Source: an uncultured cyanobacterium
GTDB taxonomy: Bacteria > Cyanobacteriota > Cyanobacteriia > Cyanobacteriales > CAWCAG01
Direction: 5' to 3'
NCBI GenBank assembly: GCA_963803805.1
Contig: CAWDOD010000003.1
Coordinates: forward strand, 416,001-480,000
Length of the DNA stretch: 64,000 nt
A model generated the notes under the pieces. The model saw only the letters and a program-made list of their open reading frames with translations. It searched no databases and had not been told where the DNA came from. The position numbers and the translations under genes were made by a program. Positions 1 through 10,323 of this stretch are shown in pieces (positions within the stretch are counted from its first letter, which is position 1; each line of letters begins with the position of its first letter).

Positions 1-217
1 GAGGAGAAGTTATCGAGGTTCCTATTTTAAGGCAATGATGCCGTTGGGCTATAGTTACTCTTCTAATAGAGGTTTCCAGATATTGTTTTATCTGGGTGCG
101 TAAATTTTGTTAATTCAATTTTTAGCTTCATCTTTAGCAAGAGTTTGGCCACTTTATATAATTAGGTAGAATTATTTCCTATTCTCTGTTCTCCGTTACC
201 TATTTTTAATAATTATC

Positions 218-3200
218 ATGTTAACAAATAATAGTCAAGTCAAGTTACTTCTTTCTACTGCTGAATTTAGTGATAGCAATTTCTTGAAGAGTTTATTGTC
301 AGAAAAAGGATATGAAGTACGAACGTTGGCTGCCGGAGAAACAGTTCTTCAAACTGTCAGACAGTTTTTACCAGACTTGATTTTACTAGCTACTAATTTA
401 GCTCCTCTCAATGGTTATGAAATTTGTCTTAAGTTAAAAGACAACATGAATACTGCTCAGATTCCAGTAATATTTTTATTAGATGAGCAACAACAAAAGC
501 AACGGGGTAAATGTTTCCAAGTTGGTTGTGCTGATGTTGTTGCTAAACCTTGGCAAATAGAAGAAATTACTGCTCGAATTAACCATCAAGTTACTATTCA
601 AAACCTTAAGCAAGAATTAATAGAAGAACATCAAGCTAGAGAGAAAATTGAAAAAGAGGTTAATACAAGCATTCAAGAATTATTTAGTGAAGTTGTTGAC
701 AAAAATTTACTTCAAGAGAAATTAAGCAATTCTGAAGCAGAAATGCAGGTTTTCTTTGAGGCGATGACGGATATAATTTTAGTTGCTGAAGCTGATGCTA
801 GAAGTGTTAGAGTTATTCCTACTCGTAATAGTCTGGGAAAACAAGAGCAAATAGAGATTATTGATTTAACTATCAAGCAATTTTTTCCTGGTGCGGGAGA
901 ACCGATTTTTTGGTCGCAAGTTGAAAAAGCTATTAAAAAGCAAGAGAAAGTTGATTTTGAATATAGCCTATGTTTACGAGGAAAAGATATTTGGTTTGCT
1001 GCTAGTATTGCTCCTATTACTAATTTAGAAACGGAAGCAGTTATTTGGGTTGCTCGTAATATAACTGAACAAAAGCAAGCTGAATTAGCTCTACAAAAAC
1101 TAGCTCATGATTTGGAATCAAGGGTTGATAACAGAACGAAAGAACTTCACAAAGCCAACAAAACTCTAAAACAAGAAATGGGCTTTCGTGAAGTAACGAA
1201 AATAGCTTTAGAGGATAGTGAACGTCGTTTCCGAGCTATATTTAATAATGTTTTTCAGTTTATTGGTTTATTATTACCTGATGGGACGGTTTTAGAAGCT
1301 AATCAAACTGCCTTGAATTTTGCAGGTATTAAACATGAAGATATTGTCGGCAAGCCCTTTTGGGAAGCGAAGTGGTGGACTATTTCTTCTGCTACCCAAG
1401 CAAGACTGAAAAAGGCGATCTCCCTAGCAGCAAAAGGAGGTTTTGTACGTTATGAAGTGGAAGTTTTAGGTAAAGAAGACAGAATTGCTACTATTGATTT
1501 TTCTCTGAAGCCTGTCCGTAATAAACAGGGGCAAGTAATATTATTGATTCCGGAAGGATGGGATATAACTGCACGGAAAGAAACTGAACAGGAATTACAA
1601 TGGCGTTCTCAAAGAGATAGTTTACTCAGAGATATTTCCCGAACTTTTCTTAATGGGGCAGTTTATGAAGCTATTGAATTCACTTTAAAAACAGTAGGCA
1701 AATTTCTTGGGGGCGATCGCTGTTCTCTTATTCATCTTGATAAAACTAAAGGAGATTTTTCCCTAACTCAGCAATGGTGTCGCCAAGGAGTTAAGTCCTC
1801 TTTTCAATACTATCAAGGAGTTAAGTTAGAGGACTATCTTCGGTTATACCAACAGTTTATTGAAAAAGATATTATTGAAATTCCTTTAGTTGCAGCAATG
1901 CCCCCAGAGGCCAAACAAGAGCAAAATGATTTGCAAAAACACGCAATTCAATCTTTGCTAATTGTACCAATGAATGATGCAGGAGAAGCGGTAGGATTTA
2001 TTTGCTTAGATGCGGTTTATTCTCCTCAAATTTGGAATCAGAAACAAAAAGATTTTCTTAGATTTGTTGGGGAGTTAATTGTTATTGCCCAAGAACGTTA
2101 TAAAGCCAAAAAACAACTCAAAGAATCTCAACAAAGACTTTCTTTTTTGATTGAGCAAACTCCTTTGGCTGTGATTGAATGGTCAACAGATAAGAAACTT
2201 TTAACTTGGAATCAGGGGGCAGAAAAAGTATTTGGTTATACTGCCGCAGAAGCTATCGGTAAAGGGACAGAATTATTAGTTCCTGAAAGGGTTGCTCAAG
2301 AAGTTAATCAGGTAATTGACAACATTATTGAGCAACAGGGAGGAACTCATAGCATTAATAAAAACATTACTAAAGATGGTCGTATTATTACTTGTGAGTG
2401 GTTTAATACACCACTGCTAGATGAAAGTGGTTCAGTTATTGCCTTAGCTTCTATTGCTATGGATATAACCGAACGTAAGCAGAGAGAATGGTTGCGGAAT
2501 ACTCGCAGTCAGGTTTTGTCGATGCTGGCTTTTGGGTTGCCATTGCCGGAAGTTTTACTTGAGTTGGTGATGCAGGTAGAAAGACAGATGCCGGAATTGT
2601 CTTGTTCTATTTTGCTCAAAGTTCCTGAAAGCAACTGTTTACGTCCCTATGTTAGTGCAAATATTCCTGAAGCTTGGAATAAGCTGATTGACTCTTTACC
2701 TATCGCTCCTCATACTGGGGCTTGTGGGAGAGCAGCTTATTTAGGGAAGCGGGTTATAGTAGAGGATATGAGCCAAGATCCTTTGGTTGCTCCTTGGCGA
2801 GAACAAGCTGCCCAGTGTAAGTTACAAGCTTGTTGGTCTGAACCCATTAAATCAGAACAAGGGGACATTTTGGGAACCTTTGCCCTCTATTTCAAGCAAC
2901 CGCAATCCCCTAAACAACTGGAGATAGAAGTCATTGAATCCTTAGCTCAACTAGCAGCTTTGGTGATTCTACGTAAACAAGCAGAAGCAGCTTTGCAAGA
3001 GTCTAAGGAAGTTGCTGAGGCTGCAAACCGAACCAAAAGCGACTTTTTAGCGAAGATGAGCCACGAGTTGCGCACTCCCCTTAATGCCATCCTTGGCTTC
3101 AGTCAGTTGATGACTCGTGATCCGTCTTTGAGTTCACGACAACTAGAACATTTAAGTATTATTAATCGTAGCGGAGAACATCTCCTCACCTTAATTAATG

Positions 3201-4426
3201 ATGTTTTGTCTATGGCCAAAATTGAAGCTGGCAAGGTGGCATTGCAAGAAAATAGCTTTGATTTATCTATCTGCCTCAATTCTTTAGAGAAAATGTTGCA
3301 ACTTAAAGCTCAGGGCAAAGGTTTGCAGCTTCACTTTGAATACCATGATAATTTACCCCAGTTTGTTAAAGCAGATGAAAGTAAATTGCGTCAGGTTTTG
3401 CTTAATTTACTCGGCAATGCCATCAAGTTCACTCAAGCTGGGGAAGTTAGGTTACAGATTAACCAAGTATTGAGTGAAGACAGTACTAATTGCATCTTAG
3501 CTTTTGATGTAACTGATAGCGGTGCAGGCATTGCCTCAGAAGAACTAGACCAATTGTTTGACCCCTTTTCTCAAACCGATTCAGGGCGCAAAGCCATGAT
3601 GGGAACTGGTTTAGGTTTGCCAATTAGTCAGCAGTTTGTAGCTTTGATGGGTGGAGAAATAAAAGTTATTAGCAAGGTGGGGCAGGGCAGTAGTTTTAGC
3701 TTTGCCATTCCGGTTCAAGTTGTGCCACAGCTTGAACAGACGAAGGAAGCCCAACCTCAAAAGGTGGTTGGTTTGCAGTCTGAACAGGAAGAGTATCGCA
3801 TTTTGATAATTGAAGATGTGTTAGAAAATCGCCAATTAGTTAAAGAAATTCTCCAACCCCTTGGTTTTCAAGTGCAAGGGGCAGAAAATGGGCAAGAAGG
3901 TTTAGTGACTTGGGAAAGTTGGCAACCTCAGTTAATCCTGATGGATATGGCTATGCCAGTTATGAACGGTTATGAAACTACAAAAAGGATTAAAGAAACT
4001 CCTCAAGGCGAACAAACAACAATAATTGCTCTGACTGCCAGCGCTTTTGAAGAACAAAGAGCCGAGATTTTGTTAGTAGGTTGTGATGACTTCTTGCGCA
4101 AACCCTTTAAAGAATATATATTGTTAAGAAAGATTAAGAAATTTTTAGGAGTTGAATATATTTATGAGGAAAATGATTGCTTAATTGAAGAAAATCATAG
4201 TAGTACCTTACTTCCTCTCAAGGCTGAAGATTTAAACTCAATGCCCAAAGAATGGCTAGAAAATTTATATTTGGCAGCCCTATCTATAGATCATCAACAA
4301 GTGATGGATTTAATCGAAAAAATTCCAGAAAAGGAGGCTAATTTAGCTCTGACCTTAACTAATTTAGTTGAAAATTTTCGTGTGGATTTAATTGTTAATT
4401 GTATAGAAGAAGGGAATAGTCAATAG
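218..4426 (+). CDS. Multi-sensor hybrid histidine kinase (degenerate REC-PAS-PAS-GAF-PAS-GAF-HisKA-HATPase-REC)
   Basis: H-box FLAKMSHELRTPLNAI, N-box NLLGNAIKFT, G-boxes DSGAGI and GTGLGL, C-terminal REC LILMDMAMP; PAS ends (DITARK, DITERK). Confidence 0.93.
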   Translation: MLTNNSQVKLLLSTAEFSDSNFLKSLLSEKGYEVRTLAAGETVLQTVRQFLPDLILLATNLAPLNGYEICLKLKDNMNTAQIPVIFLLDEQQQKQRGKCFQVGCADVVAKPWQIEEITARINHQVTIQNLKQELIEEHQAREKIEKEVNTSIQELFSEVVDKNLLQEKLSNSEAEMQVFFEAMTDIILVAEADARSVRVIPTRNSLGKQEQIEIIDLTIKQFFPGAGEPIFWSQVEKAIKKQEKVDFEYSLCLRGKDIWFAASIAPITNLETEAVIWVARNITEQKQAELALQKLAHDLESRVDNRTKELHKANKTLKQEMGFREVTKIALEDSERRFRAIFNNVFQFIGLLLPDGTVLEANQTALNFAGIKHEDIVGKPFWEAKWWTISSATQARLKKAISLAAKGGFVRYEVEVLGKEDRIATIDFSLKPVRNKQGQVILLIPEGWDITARKETEQELQWRSQRDSLLRDISRTFLNGAVYEAIEFTLKTVGKFLGGDRCSLIHLDKTKGDFSLTQQWCRQGVKSSFQYYQGVKLEDYLRLYQQFIEKDIIEIPLVAAMPPEAKQEQNDLQKHAIQSLLIVPMNDAGEAVGFICLDAVYSPQIWNQKQKDFLRFVGELIVIAQERYKAKKQLKESQQRLSFLIEQTPLAVIEWSTDKKLLTWNQGAEKVFGYTAAEAIGKGTELLVPERVAQEVNQVIDNIIEQQGGTHSINKNITKDGRIITCEWFNTPLLDESGSVIALASIAMDITERKQREWLRNTRSQVLSMLAFGLPLPEVLLELVMQVERQMPELSCSILLKVPESNCLRPYVSANIPEAWNKLIDSLPIAPHTGACGRAAYLGKRVIVEDMSQDPLVAPWREQAAQCKLQACWSEPIKSEQGDILGTFALYFKQPQSPKQLEIEVIESLAQLAALVILRKQAEAALQESKEVAEAANRTKSDFLAKMSHELRTPLNAILGFSQLMTRDPSLSSRQLEHLSIINRSGEHLLTLINDVLSMAKIEAGKVALQENSFDLSICLNSLEKMLQLKAQGKGLQLHFEYHDNLPQFVKADESKLRQVLLNLLGNAIKFTQAGEVRLQINQVLSEDSTNCILAFDVTDSGAGIASEELDQLFDPFSQTDSGRKAMMGTGLGLPISQQFVALMGGEIKVISKVGQGSSFSFAIPVQVVPQLEQTKEAQPQKVVGLQSEQEEYRILIIEDVLENRQLVKEILQPLGFQVQGAENGQEGLVTWESWQPQLILMDMAMPVMNGYETTKRIKETPQGEQTTIIALTASAFEEQRAEILLVGCDDFLRKPFKEYILLRKIKKFLGVEYIYEENDCLIEENHSSTLLPLKAEDLNSMPKEWLENLYLAALSIDHQQVMDLIEKIPEKEANLALTLTNLVENFRVDLIVNCIEEGNSQ

Positions 4427-4529
4427 TCACTCTTTTCTAAGAAAGCTCAACCCACAAAAAATCCAAAAACCTATTCTGTAAAAAAACCACTTCCTATTGA
4501 AAGATGGACTATTCTCTATTTTTTAAAAA

Positions 4530-7490
4530 ATGCTTAAAGAAAATTACATTCTGCCCCAAGATGTTGATTTAACCAACTGCGATCGCGAGGCAATTCATAT
4601 ACCAGGACAAATTCAACCCCACGGTGTTCTTTTAGTGCTTGAAGAACCTAGTTTAAGGATTTTACAAGCAAGTAGCAATACAGAGCAGCTTTGGGGTATT
4701 ACTGCTCAATCTTTAATTGGTCAATATTTAGATTTTTTACTAATTGCAGAAGATCTAAGTAATTTAAAATCCTCTTTGAAAGAGGATAATATAGAAGTCT
4801 ATAATCCTTGGCTTTTGAAGCTAGAGTTAGGCAAGAAACATTTTGCTTATGAAAGTTCTCTACATCGCTATCAGGGAGCTTTGATTTTAGAATTAGAACC
4901 TTTGACTTTATATAACAGAAAATCTGCTTCGGGTTTTTATCAGTTAGTTAAAACAGCTTTAGCTACTATTAGACAGGCAAATAACCTTTCTGAAGCCACA
5001 GAACTTTTAGCCCAAGAAGTAAAAAAAATAACTGGCTATGATCGAGTCATGGTTTATCGCTTTGAACCTGATGATAGCGGGGTAGTAGTAGCAGAAGATA
5101 AAAAAGCAGGATTAGAACCCTATTTACATTTACATTACCCTGCTTCCGATATTCCTAAGCAAGCAAGAAAGCTTTATTATGAAAATTGGTTACGCTTAAT
5201 TGTTGATGTTAGCTACGAACCAGCTAATATTATTCCTGCCCATAATCCTCTTACTAGTGAGCCTTTAGATTTAAGCCGTTCTGTGTTAAGGAGTGTCTCT
5301 CCTTTGCATAGAGAATATTTACAAAATATGGGAGTTTATTCTTCCTGTAGCATTTCTTTGATTAATGAACAAAAACTCTGGGGTTTGATTGCTTGTCATC
5401 ACTATACCCCGAAATATGTAGATTATGAAACCAGAAAAGCTTGTGAGTTTATTGGGCAATTAATGTCTGCTGCTTTGGTAAAGAAGCAACAGGAAGATTT
5501 CCTGGTTTATCAACAGCAGATTAAATCACTGCAACAAAAGTTCCGAAAAATCACCACCAATAAAAATAATTCTCAGCATGAAATATTAACTGCTAGCGAT
5601 CAGAGTTTATTAGAGCTAGTTGATGCCAAAGGGGCAGCTATTTTATTAGAGGGAAAATTAACTTTATTAGGGCAAACTCCCAGCCGAGAACAAGTTAGTA
5701 ATTTGATTACTTGGTTGAAAGAATCTTCTCGCCCAGAAATGTTTTTTACTAATCACCTCAGTCAAGATTATCCCCCAGCCACAGCTTTTGTAGAACAAGC
5801 TTGTGGTTTACTCGCCATTTCTTTATCTGTCAAGCAAATTTCCTATCATGTTCTTTGGTTTCGCCCCCAATATATTCAAATAGTGAACTGGGCAGGAAAC
5901 CCCAAAAAATCTGTAACTATTGATGAACAGGGGGGCATAAATTTACTGCCCCGTAAATCTTTTGCCTTGTGGACAGAAACAGTTAAAAATAAGTCTTTAC
6001 CTTGGCAGCAAATCGAACTTGATGCAGCCCAAGAATTTAGAAACACCTTACTTCTAGCGGCATTACAATCTTCTCAAGAAGCATTAGAAAAAACTGCTCA
6101 AGAAGCAGAAATTGCCAATAAGGCTAAGACTCAATTCTTAGCAAAAATGAGTCACGAATTACGTACTCCCCTCAACGCAATTCTGGGCTTTAGCCAAGTA
6201 ATGAATAAAAACGATACTTTATCTGTTAAACAAAGAGAGCATTTAGGAATTATTAATCGTAGTGGGGAGCATTTATTAACCCTCATTGATGATGTTTTAA
6301 ATATGTCTAAAATCGAAGCTGGTGGAGTCATCCTCAATGAACATGGCTTTGATTTATTTAAAGTACTAAACTCTTTGGAGGAAATGCTCAAATTCAAAGC
6401 TAACGCTAAGGGATTGCAACTTGAATTTCAACTAGCTGCAAACTTACCTCAATATGTTTACAGCGACGAAAGCAAACTACGTCAGGTTTTGCTTAACTTA
6501 TTAGGCAATGCTATCAAATTTACCCCCCAAGGAAAAGTTACCTTACAAGTAAATAATATCTCTCACCAAAAAAGTTCTGATCTACTTTTATCATTTTCCG
6601 TCGCTGATACAGGTTTGGGCATCGCCCCAGAAGAGTTGAATAAATTATTTGATCCTTTTGTACAAACAGAAACAGGGCGTAAGTCAATGGAGGGGACAGG
6701 TTTAGGAGTTTCTATTAGTAAACAATTTGTTAGTTTATTGGGGGGAGAACTCAAAGTTAGTAGTGTGGTAGGAGAAGGTAGTACTTTTTCCTTTGAGATT
6801 CCTGTTCAAGAAGTTCCTGAAACTGAGGTAGAAACTACTGAAAGTAAAAGAGTAATTGGTTTAGCCCCAGGGCAACCTCAATATCGCATTTTAGTTGTCG
6901 AAGATGTTTCGGAAAACCTCCAACTCATTGTAGAAATTCTAAAACCTTTGGGCTTTCAGCTTCGCAAAGCTAAAAATGGCCAAGAAGGAGTGAATTTGTG
7001 GCAAATTTGGCAACCTCAGCTAATTTTAATGGATATGGAAATGCCTATCATGAATGGCTACGAAGCCACCAAAGACATCAAAAATACCCCAACAGATAAA
7101 GAAACAATTATCATTGCCCTCACTGCCAGCGCTTTTGAGGAACAAAGGGCAGAAATTTTAGCTGCCGGGTGTGATGACTTTTTGCGTAAACCTTTCCGAG
7201 AAAGCCTTTTGTTAGAGAAGATCAGCCATCATTTGGGGGTACGCTATATATACGCTGAAACAAATCAACAAAGTAGCCCAACCCAAAACCTAACCCCCGA
7301 AGCCCTACAAGTCATGCCACAACAGTGGCGAGAAGAATTGCGCTTAGCAGCCCTTTCTATGGATGAAGAACAACTTTGGCAATTGATTAAGAAGATTCCC
7401 CCGTCAGAAGCTAATCTTGTAGAGAGCTTAACAGAATTGATTAACAACTTCCGGTTAGATATAATAGCGGAATCTACTGAATTAGGGTAA
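4530..7490 (+). CDS. Bacteriophytochrome-type hybrid kinase (PAS-GAF-PHY-HisKA-HATPase-REC), CphB/AphB-like
   Basis: NCDREAIHIPGQIQPHG, PASDIP, PHY tongue WAG..PRKSF, SHELRTPL, C-terminal REC. Confidence 0.93.
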   Translation: MLKENYILPQDVDLTNCDREAIHIPGQIQPHGVLLVLEEPSLRILQASSNTEQLWGITAQSLIGQYLDFLLIAEDLSNLKSSLKEDNIEVYNPWLLKLELGKKHFAYESSLHRYQGALILELEPLTLYNRKSASGFYQLVKTALATIRQANNLSEATELLAQEVKKITGYDRVMVYRFEPDDSGVVVAEDKKAGLEPYLHLHYPASDIPKQARKLYYENWLRLIVDVSYEPANIIPAHNPLTSEPLDLSRSVLRSVSPLHREYLQNMGVYSSCSISLINEQKLWGLIACHHYTPKYVDYETRKACEFIGQLMSAALVKKQQEDFLVYQQQIKSLQQKFRKITTNKNNSQHEILTASDQSLLELVDAKGAAILLEGKLTLLGQTPSREQVSNLITWLKESSRPEMFFTNHLSQDYPPATAFVEQACGLLAISLSVKQISYHVLWFRPQYIQIVNWAGNPKKSVTIDEQGGINLLPRKSFALWTETVKNKSLPWQQIELDAAQEFRNTLLLAALQSSQEALEKTAQEAEIANKAKTQFLAKMSHELRTPLNAILGFSQVMNKNDTLSVKQREHLGIINRSGEHLLTLIDDVLNMSKIEAGGVILNEHGFDLFKVLNSLEEMLKFKANAKGLQLEFQLAANLPQYVYSDESKLRQVLLNLLGNAIKFTPQGKVTLQVNNISHQKSSDLLLSFSVADTGLGIAPEELNKLFDPFVQTETGRKSMEGTGLGVSISKQFVSLLGGELKVSSVVGEGSTFSFEIPVQEVPETEVETTESKRVIGLAPGQPQYRILVVEDVSENLQLIVEILKPLGFQLRKAKNGQEGVNLWQIWQPQLILMDMEMPIMNGYEATKDIKNTPTDKETIIIALTASAFEEQRAEILAAGCDDFLRKPFRESLLLEKISHHLGVRYIYAETNQQSSPTQNLTPEALQVMPQQWREELRLAALSMDEEQLWQLIKKIPPSEANLVESLTELINNFRLDIIAESTELG

Positions 7491-7544
7491 AACGCATCAC
7501 CATAAAAAAACCCAAAAATACTGGTATAAATACAGTGAAGCTGC

Positions 7545-8576
7545 ATGAACAATTCTAATCCAGCAAACCAAAAAGAAAGCATCTTAATTGTGGATGATAA
7601 GCCTGATAACTTAAGGCTTTTATCAACAATGTTAGAGGCTCAAGGATACAAAGTTAAAAAAGCCCTTGATGGTAATTTTGCGATTAAAGGAGCGCAGATT
7701 GCTCCTCCTGATTTAATTTTGCTGGATATAAATATGCCAGTCATAAATGGCTACCAAGTATGTAAAGAATTAAAGAAGCAGCCCAAAACCAGTCAAATAC
7801 CGATTATTTTTATAAGCGCCCTTGATCGCCCCCTCGATCAAGTCAAAGCTTTTAAAATTGGTGGAGCAGATTATATTACTAAACCGTTTCATTTAGAAGA
7901 AGTATTAGCAAGAGTTGAAAATCAGTTAAACCAACAAAGATTAGCGCAAAAATTGCAGGCACAAAACCTAATTTTAGAGAAAGAAATAGAGGGGCGTTTA
8001 CGGACAGAAGAAGCCTTGATTGCAGCAAATAGAGAACTAGAACGCCTTGCTAATTTAGATGGCTTAACAGAAATTTCTAATCGCCGTAGCTTTGATATTG
8101 CTCTCAATTTAGAATGGCAAAGACATTTGCATAAAAGTTTGCCTCTTTCTTTAATTTTGTGTGACGTAGACTATTTCAAAGCTTATAACGATACCTACGG
8201 ACATTTGCGAGGAGATGATTGTTTACGGCAAGTAGCTAATTGCCTCCGTCTAGTAGTAGAAAAAGCCGACATTCCTTGGGCAAGGGCTGCTCGTTATGGG
8301 GGAGAAGAGTTTGCTGTTATTCTTCCTAATACAAAAATTCAACAAGCTATGGAAATAGCAGCACAAATACAAATTGAATTAGCCAACTTAAAAATTCCTC
8401 ATATTCGCTCTCAAGCAAGCCAGTTTGTTACCCTAAGTCTTGGTGTAACAACGATTATTCCCCAAGCTAGCTTAACAACTAAGAATTTAATAGATATGAC
8501 TGACTGTGCGCTTTATGAAGCAAAAAAAAGAGGCAGAAATCGTATTTTCTCCGAGCAACTAATAGCAATTGGCTAA
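7545..8576 (+). CDS. Response regulator diguanylate cyclase (REC-GGDEF)
   Basis: ILIVDD...LILLDINMP receiver; DGLT, DVDYFKAYNDTYGH, RYGGEEF. Confidence 0.93.
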   Translation: MNNSNPANQKESILIVDDKPDNLRLLSTMLEAQGYKVKKALDGNFAIKGAQIAPPDLILLDINMPVINGYQVCKELKKQPKTSQIPIIFISALDRPLDQVKAFKIGGADYITKPFHLEEVLARVENQLNQQRLAQKLQAQNLILEKEIEGRLRTEEALIAANRELERLANLDGLTEISNRRSFDIALNLEWQRHLHKSLPLSLILCDVDYFKAYNDTYGHLRGDDCLRQVANCLRLVVEKADIPWARAARYGGEEFAVILPNTKIQQAMEIAAQIQIELANLKIPHIRSQASQFVTLSLGVTTIIPQASLTTKNLIDMTDCALYEAKKRGRNRIFSEQLIAIG

Positions 8577-8593
8577 TTGATATTAGGCACTTA

Positions 8594-9526
8594 TCACTTA
8601 TTATCTTCATAAGCTGCATAAACACCTTGCACGTTATACCAATTCAGAAAAATACGGGCTACTTCCAAAGCTAACTGAGGCTTGCCGCGATTAATTAACC
8701 ATTGTAAAAAAGGAGCCATTGTTCTTTCATTTAAGGCTCCCCGCAAAGATAATATTCCCCACAAAAGACGATGCAACCAAGTCATTTGGATCATCATCTT
8801 CACCTCCCAAGTCGAGTGTTTCTCATAAAATAAAACTCCCATTCTGCCCCGTTGAATCTCCTTATCAATCAAACTAGGAAGTTGCTTAAGATTAAAAGCA
8901 GGATGCCAATGATAACCAACGGCTGCGGGACATTTAATCAACTTCAAACCCAACTTTTTTAACCTAACTCCTAACTCCAAATCCTCCCAACCATAAAGTT
9001 GAAAACGAGTATCAAAAAGCCCTGCTTCTTCCAGCCAATGACGAGGAATTGCCACATTCCCTGTAGCAAAATAAGCAGCGGAAAAGTCAGTTATCTTATA
9101 GGGTTCGGAGGTAGGATCATCAAAGTTAGCCGTATTAATCACCGCACCATAGGTAAAAAGGCGATCGCCACCTAATTCCTTTTCTCCTGCTTGTAAAGCA
9201 TCTCCATGTGCCTGCAAAAATTGTTCTGTAACAACTAAATCACTATCAATAAAAACAATTATTTCACCCTTTGCTTCCTCAACCCCTAAATTTCTAGCAG
9301 CAGCAGGACCTTGATGATCTTGAGCTACAATCCTTACATGGGGGATAATGGTTGAATTCTCTTCTAACCATTGCCTACTACCATCGGTAGAGCCATCATC
9401 TACCACCACAACTTCATAGCCTTCCACCACACTATTAGGCTTTAAATCCTGATTCTCCAACGCAAATAAGCATTTTTGGAGAATGGGTAAGCGGTTGTAA
9501 GTTGGAATAATAATACTAAAAAACAC
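8594..9526 (-). CDS. Glycosyltransferase family 2
   Basis: SIIIPTYNR, VVDDGSTD, FIDSD (DxD), WEDLELG. Confidence 0.9.
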   Translation of the reverse strand: MFFSIIIPTYNRLPILQKCLFALENQDLKPNSVVEGYEVVVVDDGSTDGSRQWLEENSTIIPHVRIVAQDHQGPAAARNLGVEEAKGEIIVFIDSDLVVTEQFLQAHGDALQAGEKELGGDRLFTYGAVINTANFDDPTSEPYKITDFSAAYFATGNVAIPRHWLEEAGLFDTRFQLYGWEDLELGVRLKKLGLKLIKCPAAVGYHWHPAFNLKQLPSLIDKEIQRGRMGVLFYEKHSTWEVKMMIQMTWLHRLLWGILSLRGALNERTMAPFLQWLINRGKPQLALEVARIFLNWYNVQGVYAAYEDNK

Positions 9527-9532
9527 AGCTTT

Positions 9533-9628
9533 GTCAGTTATCAGTTATCAGTTATCAACCGGTGCGCATTCCCTCTTACGCTGATGCAGGATCGCACCGC
9601 AATTATCAATTATCAATTATCAATTAAT
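9533..9628. repeat. Heptamer tandem repeats (TTATCAG / TTATCAA) around a small CGGTGCG...CGCACCG inverted repeat
   Basis: gtcagttatcagttatcagttatca and aattatcaattatcaattatcaatta; STRR-type cyanobacterial repeats. Confidence 0.75.
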
Positions 9629-10149
9629 CGGTAGCCATCAGGATGAATAGTATAGTTGTCTAGGTAAGCAGTAGAGAGATCGACATCCTTACTCCGAAAA
9701 AGGTTGCAACCATTCAATTGAGCTTTGAATAAATTCGCTTTTTCCATTCTTGCTCCTCTTAAATCTGCATTACTCAGATTGGCATAGCTTAGATTGGCTT
9801 TATAAAGATTAGCACCCTGTAAATTCACATCTTGCAAATCAGCGCCCTGTAAATTAGCAAAACATAGTTCTGCCCTCAATAAATTAGCTCTTCGCAAATT
9901 TACTTGAGAAAAATCAACTTGATTAAGTCTAGCGCTAGTGAATTCAGCATCTTGCAAATCAGCCTGCTGTAAGTTAGCCTGATTAAGATTTGAGTAAGGT
10001 AAATAGATTTTTTGTAGGCAGCTATAGGCAAGATTAATGCCTTGAAGTTCAGCTTCAAATAGATCAGCAGCATTAATATCTATCCCTTGGAAGTCTCGCC
10101 TGCCACTGGCGTATTGAGCTTTCAACTCCGTAACACCAATCTTTCTCAT
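9613..10149 (-). CDS. Pentapeptide repeat protein
   Basis: Tandem A(D/N)Lxx repeats after the cyanobacterial N-terminus YASGRRDF. Confidence 0.92.
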   Translation of the reverse strand: MRKIGVTELKAQYASGRRDFQGIDINAADLFEAELQGINLAYSCLQKIYLPYSNLNQANLQQADLQDAEFTSARLNQVDFSQVNLRRANLLRAELCFANLQGADLQDVNLQGANLYKANLSYANLSNADLRGARMEKANLFKAQLNGCNLFRSKDVDLSTAYLDNYTIHPDGYRLIDN

Positions 10150-10272
10150 AACGGAAATTTTCTACACCTTCTGTAGTCAAACTGACTTCAAGGTTAAATC
10201 ACAACTGTAGCAAGTGTATTTCCGTCTAAGTTTTTCTTAAGATTTGTAACGAAATAGATAAATACCACGAAA

Positions 10273-10311
10273 TTAACCTATCAAGCAAACTTAATTTGCT
10301 TGATAGGTTAA
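10273..10311. terminator. Perfect 17-bp hairpin downstream of the VWA/Slr1339-like pair
   Basis: ttaacctatcaagcaaa-cttaa-tttgcttgataggttaa. Confidence 0.7.
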
Positions 10312-10323
10312 ACAAAAGGCAGC

